From: a virus | Lineage: Duplodnaviria > Caudoviricetes | Virus record (IMG/VR): IMGVR_UViG_3300002220_003854 | Coordinates: 1 to 64,000 of that record | DNA: 64,000 bases | Direction: 5' to 3' (one strand) | In this document: positions 38,283-47,113 of the stretch, in pieces | Layout: the number at the start of each line of letters is the position of its first letter | Numbering within the stretch: the stretch's first letter is position 1 | Position numbers and translations under genes: made by a program | Notes under the pieces: model-generated | Seen by the model: only the letters and a program-made list of their open reading frames with translations | The model's database searches: none | Told to the model about the DNA's origin: nothing

Positions 38283-38939
38283 ATGAAAATAACTGAAATT
38301 TTAACCGAAGCACAAATGTCACCTGAGATTAAAAAAATAATGGGCGATAAAGGATACAAGTATATATCTCGGGGTCAAGACCAAGACGTTTATCTTTCCC
38401 CGGATGGAACTATTCTAAAGATATTTGGCTGGGACCGTGATAAAGGTAGCTCTGGGTTTACTAGAGCGCAAGGAAGCTTTATAGCATTTGCAAATTATTG
38501 CAAAAAAAATCCCAACAATCAGTTCTTGCCCGACTTTAGTGACTGGGCCACATTCGAATTTGATGGTAAAACATACTTGCAGATTAAAACTGAAAGATTA
38601 TTTCCACTAAGTGGCGACTGGGAATATTTGGGTAACGAGCTAGGAATCTTCGTAGATAGCTACATTGAAAGGTATGGGGCTACCGAAGGATTAAAAGTAT
38701 ACATAGACAAATTTGAGGGCAGCCAAATTAGAAGCAGAGATCAAGCTAGCTTGATCATAATGATGCTAGGAAAAGACGGATTAACGTTATTTGCAAAGAC
38801 AGTGGATGATTTGAGCAAGATAGCTAAACAAAAAGGGTATGGCTTAGATTTGCATAGTGGCAACTTTATGTTCGGTAGCGACAGTCATTTAGTAATCAAT
38901 GATCCGTTCTTTACAGGAAGCTTCAGGGGCTTAACTTAA
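38283..38939 (+). CDS. protein kinase-like enzyme (APH/RIO-type)
   Basis: ISRGQDQDVY, ILKI, DLHSGNFM, VINDPF; MKITEILTE start. Confidence 0.8.
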   Translation: MKITEILTEAQMSPEIKKIMGDKGYKYISRGQDQDVYLSPDGTILKIFGWDRDKGSSGFTRAQGSFIAFANYCKKNPNNQFLPDFSDWATFEFDGKTYLQIKTERLFPLSGDWEYLGNELGIFVDSYIERYGATEGLKVYIDKFEGSQIRSRDQASLIIMMLGKDGLTLFAKTVDDLSKIAKQKGYGLDLHSGNFMFGSDSHLVINDPFFTGSFRGLT

Positions 38940-39595
38940 TGAAATCAATTGAATTCACCGAAGCGGAGTCGAAAACTAGTGCTAGCAAAGAGATTAGAAG
39001 TACATTGAGAAAAGCTGGTTATAAATTATTAGGAAGCGGTGCTGATGCCACAGTGTGGGCTAAAAAATCAGGACCTGTCACTAAGATAATAATGCCAGAC
39101 GATCACCAAGGCGCCGGCAGCGCCGGCGATACTTTTATGAAGTTTTATGAATTCTGTCTAGAAAATCAAAACATTAGCAATTTACCCAGATTCTCAGGCA
39201 ACGAGGCGTCCGTATTTCAAGCAGATGGTAAAGATTATATAATGGTAACTATGGAGAGACTTAAACCTATACCTGAAGGAAGTTTTGAAGAAGCAATGGT
39301 ATGGCAACTAAGCGACTTAGCCACAAAGCGAATGACATGGAAACAAGCATTAGAAATAGTGCGCGACCCAAATGAATGGATGACATTCGATCATAATTCT
39401 CAAATAATTGATAGGATAAATTCAATGTCTAAGAAAGACATACTAGAATATGAAGTTTTGTTTAAATTAATGACCTTACTTTATCATAAGGGCAAAATTA
39501 ATAAAGTAGGGTGGGACTTACATACCGAGAATGCCATGATGCGTGACGATGGAACCATAGTAATAACTGACCCATGGTTCTCATTGGTAGTTTAA
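38939..39595 (+). CDS. protein kinase-like enzyme
   Basis: LGSGADATVW, VTKI, DLHTENAM, VITDPW; MKSIEFTE start. Confidence 0.8.
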   Translation: MKSIEFTEAESKTSASKEIRSTLRKAGYKLLGSGADATVWAKKSGPVTKIIMPDDHQGAGSAGDTFMKFYEFCLENQNISNLPRFSGNEASVFQADGKDYIMVTMERLKPIPEGSFEEAMVWQLSDLATKRMTWKQALEIVRDPNEWMTFDHNSQIIDRINSMSKKDILEYEVLFKLMTLLYHKGKINKVGWDLHTENAMMRDDGTIVITDPWFSLVV

Positions 39596-39600
39596 CTACA

Positions 39601-40923
39601 TTACCACTCAAACAAACTTTCTTCTGCAGTGGGCACAAATGCAGGATCTTTAGATAAGTACGTATCCTCATCTGTGTATATTACCCTGAACTTATGTTTA
39701 TTAGTGAGAACACTACGAATATCATCAATGCAAATAATCTTTCGATCCAACCCAGTGATATAGTCACATAGCTTCACTGTTGTTTCATTGCAGATTCTTG
39801 CTGTATTACTGGTAGACTTTGAAGGAGCAAAATCAGTGAAACACTTATTCCATTTATGGAAGACTTGGCTTTCTTGTTGCTTCGCGTGCTTTATAGATTC
39901 TAAGTTATACCATAACTCACTAGTGTTAAAGGCTTCATATAGTTCTAACGCCCGTGTAGCCATATCCTTCTTGGTGCAAGTGTAGAAAAAATCCTGATTA
40001 AAGTTTTTAGTCCACCGTTGATTTTCTAACACTAAAGTAGGTAACTGTATGTGTTGCTCGTGGAAAGCCATACCGTAACTTTCTACGGTGCTTGGGTTGA
40101 ATCCTATCCTAGCACTAGTAATAAAATCTACTTTTTCTTTCCCTACAATACTAGCACGAACATCGTATTGCACCCCTAGTTTTTTGAGCTTATCTTCAAA
40201 CTTTTTAACGCCATTCGGGCTAGTCATGACTTTAGCAGGTAATTTTGTTTGTTCGATTAAGCTTATAAACAAATCAGGATTCTTTCCTTCTTCCCATCTA
40301 CCTATGAATAGCACGCCCTCGCGGGGTTTATGATGTTCTTCCAAAAGAAGAGATTCTGTGATTGGAATAGGTAAATGCCATGCACCGCACAGACTAAGTT
40401 CGTTAAACTTACTCTGTGTACCAACATACATCCCACTAATTTCGAGTTGCTTTCGCATCATTTCATTAGTTGAATCCAAGAATGGATTCTTTGTATTTTT
40501 GAAAATCTGACTTTCTAAGTGTGTATAAGCTATGATTTGAATAACATCTTCTAGTCCCATGGTACTTGCTACTTGAACTGTTTCGTATGTGTTACAGATT
40601 AGCACATCATAGATGTTATGCTCTAATGCTTCGATTATTGCATTGCGAAAGTTTGCCATTCTTTCATAGCAGAAGGTATCACCGTACATAAAAATATTAC
40701 TATGATCAGTGTACCTCAATGATTCTAACGGAGCAATAACATTTGCCTTTAGTGATTTGACAAACTCATTATCATGTGGTAGTTTATCAGTGATAATATC
40801 TACTTTGATATTGTACTTATCCATTAATTCGCAAAAGCTTTTTGCAAATTGCCCTATGCCCCCATGAGGGATGAGGGTTTGATGGCTGATCAAAAACCCA
40901 ATTCTTTTGTCGTAAGTTCTCAT
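39601..40923 (-). CDS. glycosyltransferase, GT-B (GT4-like)
   Basis: PHGGIGQF, LFIGRWEEGKNP, ESYGMAFHE. Confidence 0.8.
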   Translation of the reverse strand: MRTYDKRIGFLISHQTLIPHGGIGQFAKSFCELMDKYNIKVDIITDKLPHDNEFVKSLKANVIAPLESLRYTDHSNIFMYGDTFCYERMANFRNAIIEALEHNIYDVLICNTYETVQVASTMGLEDVIQIIAYTHLESQIFKNTKNPFLDSTNEMMRKQLEISGMYVGTQSKFNELSLCGAWHLPIPITESLLLEEHHKPREGVLFIGRWEEGKNPDLFISLIEQTKLPAKVMTSPNGVKKFEDKLKKLGVQYDVRASIVGKEKVDFITSARIGFNPSTVESYGMAFHEQHIQLPTLVLENQRWTKNFNQDFFYTCTKKDMATRALELYEAFNTSELWYNLESIKHAKQQESQVFHKWNKCFTDFAPSKSTSNTARICNETTVKLCDYITGLDRKIICIDDIRSVLTNKHKFRVIYTDEDTYLSKDPAFVPTAEESLFEW

Positions 40924-40927
40924 TTTG

Positions 40928-41782
40928 TTACGTATTCCATGCGTTTTTGAAAATGTCACAATGAAGTCTAGCACTATAGCGCCAGCCCTTATTCATTGCC
41001 ATTTCAGCAACTTTTCTAGCATTAGAGTTATATACCTCAAAAGTACCTCCAACTGGCATCAAGTAAATTGGACCATCAAAGCCCCTTTTCTTGTACTCAT
41101 TAACCGCTTCTTCCGCTTCTTGAACATCTTCTAATGTAGAGACTACGAACTTTAGATAAACAAATCCATATAGCTTATACTGCGCAATTACCTCTGGTTT
41201 TATCGCATTATCCCAAGCTTCGCCCGATGAACTAAGTTTAGGGCTAACACTGAAAGTTAATGCATGTTTTGTTCTGTTCTTTGCCCATTCAGTAAAGAAT
41301 TCCCTAGATTCACTAGTAAGCATTTGCGTTCCGTTTGTTTCAAACGTCAACTCTTGTAATGATTGCATTTTTTCATGCGAAAGAAGACTAGGATAACTGC
41401 GTTGCCAACCCAGTAAAGGTTCGCCGCCTGTGATCACTAAATGCTCATCGCACCAACGATTGTTGGGTAGTAAATCCATGATTTTATCAGCAATAGAATC
41501 GGTGCTGAGCATAGGACTAAGATGCTTGAAACGAGGATCCCATGATGCATAGGAATCGCAACCAGTACTGACTAGTGGTAAAGATGTATATTCTTTTATA
41601 TTAGCTACGTCAATACGGTGTCTTTCGTCACTCAATTGACCTTTAGGCATTCCAAATCCACTGCAGGTGAAGTTACAACCAAATGTTCGTAAGAACACGG
41701 ATGGGACTCCCATGTACCTGCCTTCTCCTTGTATTGAAAAAAAAAAAAAAAGCTCGGAGACCTTTAACTTCGAGTTATTCAT
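40928..41782 (-). CDS. queE: 7-carboxy-7-deazaguanine synthase (radical SAM)
   Basis: SIQGEG, FLRTFGCNFTC..CDS, VITGGEP, FETNG, SVSPKL, RLH. Confidence 0.9.
   Translation of the reverse strand: MNNSKLKVSELFFFFSIQGEGRYMGVPSVFLRTFGCNFTCSGFGMPKGQLSDERHRIDVANIKEYTSLPLVSTGCDSYASWDPRFKHLSPMLSTDSIADKIMDLLPNNRWCDEHLVITGGEPLLGWQRSYPSLLSHEKMQSLQELTFETNGTQMLTSESREFFTEWAKNRTKHALTFSVSPKLSSSGEAWDNAIKPEVIAQYKLYGFVYLKFVVSTLEDVQEAEEAVNEYKKRGFDGPIYLMPVGGTFEVYNSNARKVAEMAMNKGWRYSARLHCDIFKNAWNT
41737..41751. repeat. A15/T15 homopolymer inside queE
   Basis: 15 consecutive A on plus strand; encodes LFFFFS. Confidence 0.9.
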
Positions 41783-41803
41783 TTTAAATTTTCCTTTATT
41801 AAA

Positions 41804-43114
41804 TTATTTTGCTTTATTCGCTTTGTCGAATTTGTCCAAATCTAAAATTTGGTAATGATCTTTTACTGTAGGCCATTCGTATATATTAATGTTTTTTTGC
41901 TTGTTTGTCAACTTATTTAGGCAAGGAAATAAGAACTTTTTATTTCCTAAACCAACATAGAGTGTCTTGTCAAATTGATCTTTTGGTATTTGTTTACGTT
42001 CACCAGTCAACTTGTTAATTACGTTAACTTTTCCTTTGTTAGGTCCTACATACCTAGCGCGGTTATTATCAAATTCTTCTTTACTTACCTGGATATATGT
42101 GTTGGTAGTTTGATCCATTACTAATCGCAAGCCTTTGGTCTGCCCAACATATTCACCAGATGAAAACTCTTTTTTTGATACTAGTACGTTATTTCCTGCT
42201 TTGTCTTTTGCTAAGACTTTTCCCTTTGTAGCAGTGAGATACCTATTACGATCTTTGTTGTATTCTTCTTTTGTTATTTGGATTGATTGATTGGTTGTTG
42301 TATCCAACACACATAGTTTACCCTTAAGAAGATGCGAGTGTATTGAATAGTGTGTATTAGCATGATATTCATCCAAAGATACTATGTATTTTTCTTCTGC
42401 ATCGTTTATACAAGTCACTGAATGGTTTTGTATATGTTTCAGTCTTTTGTACCCGTATTCTTTGTTCTTTGTTCTTGCTTCTGATTTAGTGATTTTTAAA
42501 ATGTCGTTTGTTTCTAAATCTAGAAATTGGTATCTACATAAGTTAATATCTTTATTGCCGTGAGGAAAATCCTCAAAACTTAATCTAGACTTATACCTAT
42601 CCTTGTTTTCTTGGTATTCTTTAGATGTGATATAGACCCAGGTGTTACTGTGAGTATCAAATACATACGTCTTTCCAGTTGTGTGAAATTTGTATTTTGT
42701 TTGATTAGCGTATTCTTCTTTAGTTAAAGTGATGATATTTCCGTTTTCATCATGCACTCTAACTTTATTTGTGGTGTGTGCTTTAAGCTGATCATATACG
42801 TCTGTCTTTAATTTTTGATATGTTCTACTGGTAATGCGTCCTTGAAATCCTTTAAATTCTAATTTAGGATTCTTGTTATTCATCTGTAAAAATGCACTTG
42901 ATATCGGCAAAAAAGATGGGTATATTTTCCATAATAACCAATGAGCTAAAAAATGTTCACGCAACGTGAGTTTAATCAAATTACCAGGATCATCGGTTCC
43001 TTTCAAACATTTAGGTTGAATGTGATGTGTCTCTGTGTACTCACTTAATTCCCTAGGTTCTAATTTTCTGATATGGTCAATGAACGCTTGATACCTTTTT
43101 TTGTAATCTACCAT
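41804..43114 (-). mobile_element. HNH homing endonuclease with repeated C-terminal modules
   Basis: ETHHIQPKCLKG..NLIKLTLREHFLAH; ~8 (K)VxxxD..xxSKEEY repeats; CTAAATA at 43134-43140. Confidence 0.8.
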
Positions 43115-43223
43115 TATCCTTCTCCCTGTAATGTATTTAGCCAAGAAAAAGGATAGTTCATTCGGTAAACTTAATATCTTTTTGCAAAATGCAATCGTTC
43201 GACTCAAAGTGAATGCTAGTGTG

Positions 43224-44402
43224 TCAATATTTCGGTGCTAATACTTGTTCCGAAATTAATTTTGCTGTGTATGGTGCTAGTGTCCAGCCTAAGTGACCGT
43301 GCCCTGTATTATAGTACACACGATTGTTTCTCTTGCTTCTACATACAATGGGCATCATGTCGGGAGTCATTGGTCTGAGGCATGCCCAACTACTGTAATC
43401 GTGTGTGTTAATTCTAGGGAAATTAGTATGAACCCATTTTACTAATGGTTCTATACGGTCTCGTCTGATATCGTAGTTTTCACCAGTTAATTCGGCAGTT
43501 CCAGCAACACGGAAACGATTGCCCAAGCTTGCAGTAACTATCTTTGCTTGGTCATCAAGTAAACTGACTTTAGGTAAATCTTGTTCATCTACTTCATTGA
43601 TAGTGATACTGTAGCCTTTTACCGGATAAATTGGTAACTTGTCACCAATTTCTTTTGCTAACTTGACGCTACCAACACCTGCACTAACAACAATGGCATT
43701 GTATTCATCTAGGGTGTGTAAGCTAGCATTATGCCCAGTCCTAAATATGACTTTGTATTTTGCACGCAAAACTTCTGATAGTTGATAACAGAATTTATGA
43801 ATGTCGCCAGTCCAATCTGAAGGAGTCCAAGCTCCACCATAAATATCGTGAATATTTCGTAGAGTAGGATCTAGTGCTAATACTTCATCAGGAGATAGTA
43901 AGTCCCATTCACATCCATTATCATTATAAATGTTCTTGGCTTTTTGCGCAGATTCCCAGTAATCCTGTGACTTATAGATATGCAAGATACCAGATTTGCT
44001 TTGATCAAAACTTAGTTTCTCTTGGTCTATCAAATCATAATATAGTTTTCGTGACTCTATTCCCAACTGTATTGTCTTAGCCGTGTTTCTAGCATAATCG
44101 TTGTTTGCTGTATGATATAAGAACTTGGCTAGCCATACTGCTTTATCCCAATCTAAGCTTGGTCTAATCAATAGGGGTGCATCTTTCTTTAGCATCCACT
44201 TTATACCTTTGTATACATTAGCCCATGTATTCCATACTTCGCTATTACTAACGCTTACTTGTCCTCCATTGGCGAAACTAGTACGCATTGCCGGATAGCG
44301 TTCCTGCTCATATACTGTTACTTCATATCCTTCTTTGGCTAGGTAATATGCAGTAGTTACCCCTGCAATGCCAGCACCAATAACTGCTACGTTCTGTGTC
44401 AT
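43224..44402 (-). CDS. dadA: D-amino acid dehydrogenase (FAD)
   Basis: GAGIAG, TSFANGGQ, YPVKGYS, GTAE, WACLRPMTP, NTGHGHLGWT. Confidence 0.9.
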   Translation of the reverse strand: MTQNVAVIGAGIAGVTTAYYLAKEGYEVTVYEQERYPAMRTSFANGGQVSVSNSEVWNTWANVYKGIKWMLKKDAPLLIRPSLDWDKAVWLAKFLYHTANNDYARNTAKTIQLGIESRKLYYDLIDQEKLSFDQSKSGILHIYKSQDYWESAQKAKNIYNDNGCEWDLLSPDEVLALDPTLRNIHDIYGGAWTPSDWTGDIHKFCYQLSEVLRAKYKVIFRTGHNASLHTLDEYNAIVVSAGVGSVKLAKEIGDKLPIYPVKGYSITINEVDEQDLPKVSLLDDQAKIVTASLGNRFRVAGTAELTGENYDIRRDRIEPLVKWVHTNFPRINTHDYSSWACLRPMTPDMMPIVCRSKRNNRVYYNTGHGHLGWTLAPYTAKLISEQVLAPKY

Positions 44403-44438
44403 ACATTAACTCCGTTGATATTATTATTCTGTACACCG

Positions 44439-45038
44439 TCAATAGTTGAAGTAATCTTCTGTTGTGGATCCTGGTCCATACCAAACTATATATCTTTTGT
44501 GCATTGTAGATTGAATTCTAGTCAAAGATTCATTTATCGTTTCATTTGGTGGTATTGCCAACCATCGTGTGTTGGGCTTGTTATCGTAAATCATGTCTGG
44601 CGTTGCGTCAGGTATGATTTCATCAGTTTGGGTATCGTACTCTACAACATCGTATCGTTGATTATTTTTAAGTCTTAGCCAAAGATTCTTTGATCCATGG
44701 GGTCCACCTGTGTTGGTAGCGTCTGACATGACTTTCACTTTATCATTCATGATAGCATAATCATACAAGAATGTACCGTAACCCTGACCTTTATACGCTT
44801 GGGCCAATTGAGATAAAGCTACGACCCAAATATCTTTTTTGTGTTTGTATAATGATAGGTATCCCACCAGATTATCCTTAGGATCAAAAAGACCATAATT
44901 CAATTCTGCGCCTTCATGAGTTTTTTTCAAAGTTAAATCTTTTATCTTTGTTACCGCAACTGAGTCAGCAAATTCAAATTGGAATTTATCCAAATATTCG
45001 TCTCTAGGCGGATTAGTAATGATTTCTCCTAATTTCAT
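44439..45038 (-). CDS. GNAT-like protein with capsid-targeting-like N-terminus
   Basis: MKLGEIIT; YKGQGYGTFLY motif A. Confidence 0.65.
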   Translation of the reverse strand: MKLGEIITNPPRDEYLDKFQFEFADSVAVTKIKDLTLKKTHEGAELNYGLFDPKDNLVGYLSLYKHKKDIWVVALSQLAQAYKGQGYGTFLYDYAIMNDKVKVMSDATNTGGPHGSKNLWLRLKNNQRYDVVEYDTQTDEIIPDATPDMIYDNKPNTRWLAIPPNETINESLTRIQSTMHKRYIVWYGPGSTTEDYFNY

Positions 45039-45538
45039 GCAAATAGGTCTTCATTCCATTCGCGGTGACCTTCTCTAAATGCCATGTTACTTTGTGTCTC
45101 GCGTACTTCTACGCGATAACACCATAGACGTGCTGCTTCACCGGGTCCCCACATATCTGGAATGTAAACTCCATTAACATATTTGTAAATCATGTCAGCT
45201 AAACTTTCACAACCTAAATTAGGCAAGATTGTTAGTTTCATGATGCCACGTTTTTCAGCCTCTTTGTACCAATCTAAATGTGGATCTGAACTAGCTACTA
45301 AAGTAGTGTGGTCAAATTGACTCTCTAGCGTTTGCTTTAGTTCCTTCAAGCCACCATAATCTGCTGCCCAGCGGCGTGCATCTAAATCATTAGTCCCGAA
45401 ATAAAACTTCATGCTAAACGCATATCCGTGCAGAAATTGACAATGACTATCGGCTTTATACTGTCTATAGGCACATGGAAAAGCGTTGTGATACTCTTTT
45501 GTGGAAGTCCATTTATATGTTACTGGTTGATATGTCAT
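45035..45538 (-). CDS. queD: 6-carboxytetrahydropterin synthase
   Basis: HCQFLHGY, DYGGLKELK..FDHTTL, CESLA, VRET. Confidence 0.85.
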   Translation of the reverse strand: MTYQPVTYKWTSTKEYHNAFPCAYRQYKADSHCQFLHGYAFSMKFYFGTNDLDARRWAADYGGLKELKQTLESQFDHTTLVASSDPHLDWYKEAEKRGIMKLTILPNLGCESLADMIYKYVNGVYIPDMWGPGEAARLWCYRVEVRETQSNMAFREGHREWNEDLFA

Positions 45539-45565
45539 ATTATTCTTTCGTTATTCTAATATTGA

Positions 45566-46243
45566 TTATTCAGTAAATGATACCATTCTCATGAACTCTG
45601 CTCTGGCTGCCGGATCAGTTTTGAACCCACCACCAAGCTTAGAAGTAATAGTAGAAGCCGAGGTATCCTCAACCCCACGGGATGACACGCATAGATGAGT
45701 AGCATCGATAACAACTGCGATGTTTTCGGTTTCTAGGATGTAGCTCAGTGCATGATAAATTTGCTCAGTAAGCCGTTCTTGAATCTGTGGACGACGACTA
45801 AAATATTCAACGATTCTCGGCATTTTGCTTAGTCCTAACACCTTTTTATTAGGCACGTAAGCTATAGTAGCTTTGCCTACGATCGGCAAAATATGGTGTT
45901 CACATAACGATTGCACAGTTATGTTTCGTTCCACAACCATTTCATCGTAGTTCATTTTATTTTCTACTGTAGTACATTTTGGGAATGCGTCGTAATCTAG
46001 TCCCCACATGGTCTCGTTTACAAACATTCGGGCTACTCTTTTAGGAGTTTCGGCAAGTGAATCGTCTGACAAATCAAGACCAAGAACATCCATGATTTGT
46101 TTGAAACTAGCTTCAATCAGAGAGATGCGGTCTTTTCGATCCAACCCGTTATGCTTTACGGGCGTTTCTACGCCCATTTTAACTAAGTGTTCGTGTACTT
46201 TGCGACCCAGTTGTGGGTCTACTTTTTGCTTATTAAATGACAT
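45566..46243 (-). CDS. folE: GTP cyclohydrolase I
   Basis: ETPKRVA, SLCEHH, GLSK, QIQERLT, HLCVSSRGV. Confidence 0.95.
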   Translation of the reverse strand: MSFNKQKVDPQLGRKVHEHLVKMGVETPVKHNGLDRKDRISLIEASFKQIMDVLGLDLSDDSLAETPKRVARMFVNETMWGLDYDAFPKCTTVENKMNYDEMVVERNITVQSLCEHHILPIVGKATIAYVPNKKVLGLSKMPRIVEYFSRRPQIQERLTEQIYHALSYILETENIAVVIDATHLCVSSRGVEDTSASTITSKLGGGFKTDPAARAEFMRMVSFTE

Positions 46244-46258
46244 TTTTAGAATCCTTCC

Positions 46259-47113
46259 TTAATCGGATATGAGTTTTGAAGTGTTGTCACCGTTGTGTGA
46301 CAGAATGTATTTAGTCGAATCAACTAATTCTTCTATTATTTTTTCAGTGGTATATAATGGTTCATATCCCAACTTTGCTAGTTTATCACAAGACATGTAA
46401 AATGATACTGGCTTTTGGTCAACATCATAGGTGTATTCTACCATTGACGTAGAACCAAAGTATGTCTTCGCATGAAGTACTGCATCTTTGAATAGTATTG
46501 GCTTACTATTTCCAATATTATATATTTGATTCAGTTCTCCTTTTTCCATAACTAAATTTACTGCCCTACAAAGATCAGATGCGTGAATGTAATCTCTGTA
46601 AAAATTACCACCATTAGCTAATTGGATTGGCTGATTGTTGATTAATCGTTGCACCAAGAATGTTAATACATTCTTTTTACTAGAAGCTTTTTTGTCTCCT
46701 GGCCCAATTACGTTTGCAAACCTAAGTATTCGATACTTTATATTAAATGTTTTGCAGTATGTAATTAACAGTTGTTCGGCTGCCCTTTTGGTAATAGAGT
46801 AGAATCCTATTGGATCACACAATGAATCTTCTGAGCCTGGGGCTGGTACATTTCCGTAGACGAACCAAGAACTTGCAAAATTAAAAGTTAAATTTTTGCC
46901 CTTGCAATTTTCTAAAACTCTAATCAAATGAGTTAGATTGGTGTCTATGTCAACATAGGGGTCAGTAAATACGTTATAATTGTCAGTGGTACTTATAAGG
47001 TACAAAACTTCGTCTGTAACCGGAACCAGTGAACTGCGGTCATTTATAACCGACGAATACATCTTAGCATAATGTGATCCAATAAATCCCGTACCCCCGA
47101 AGATGTTTACCAT
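46259..47113 (-). CDS. NAD-dependent epimerase/dehydratase (extended SDR)
   Basis: GGTGFIG, SSWFVYG, YSITK, RDYIHASD. Confidence 0.85.
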   Translation of the reverse strand: MVNIFGGTGFIGSHYAKMYSSVINDRSSLVPVTDEVLYLISTTDNYNVFTDPYVDIDTNLTHLIRVLENCKGKNLTFNFASSWFVYGNVPAPGSEDSLCDPIGFYSITKRAAEQLLITYCKTFNIKYRILRFANVIGPGDKKASSKKNVLTFLVQRLINNQPIQLANGGNFYRDYIHASDLCRAVNLVMEKGELNQIYNIGNSKPILFKDAVLHAKTYFGSTSMVEYTYDVDQKPVSFYMSCDKLAKLGYEPLYTTEKIIEELVDSTKYILSHNGDNTSKLISD

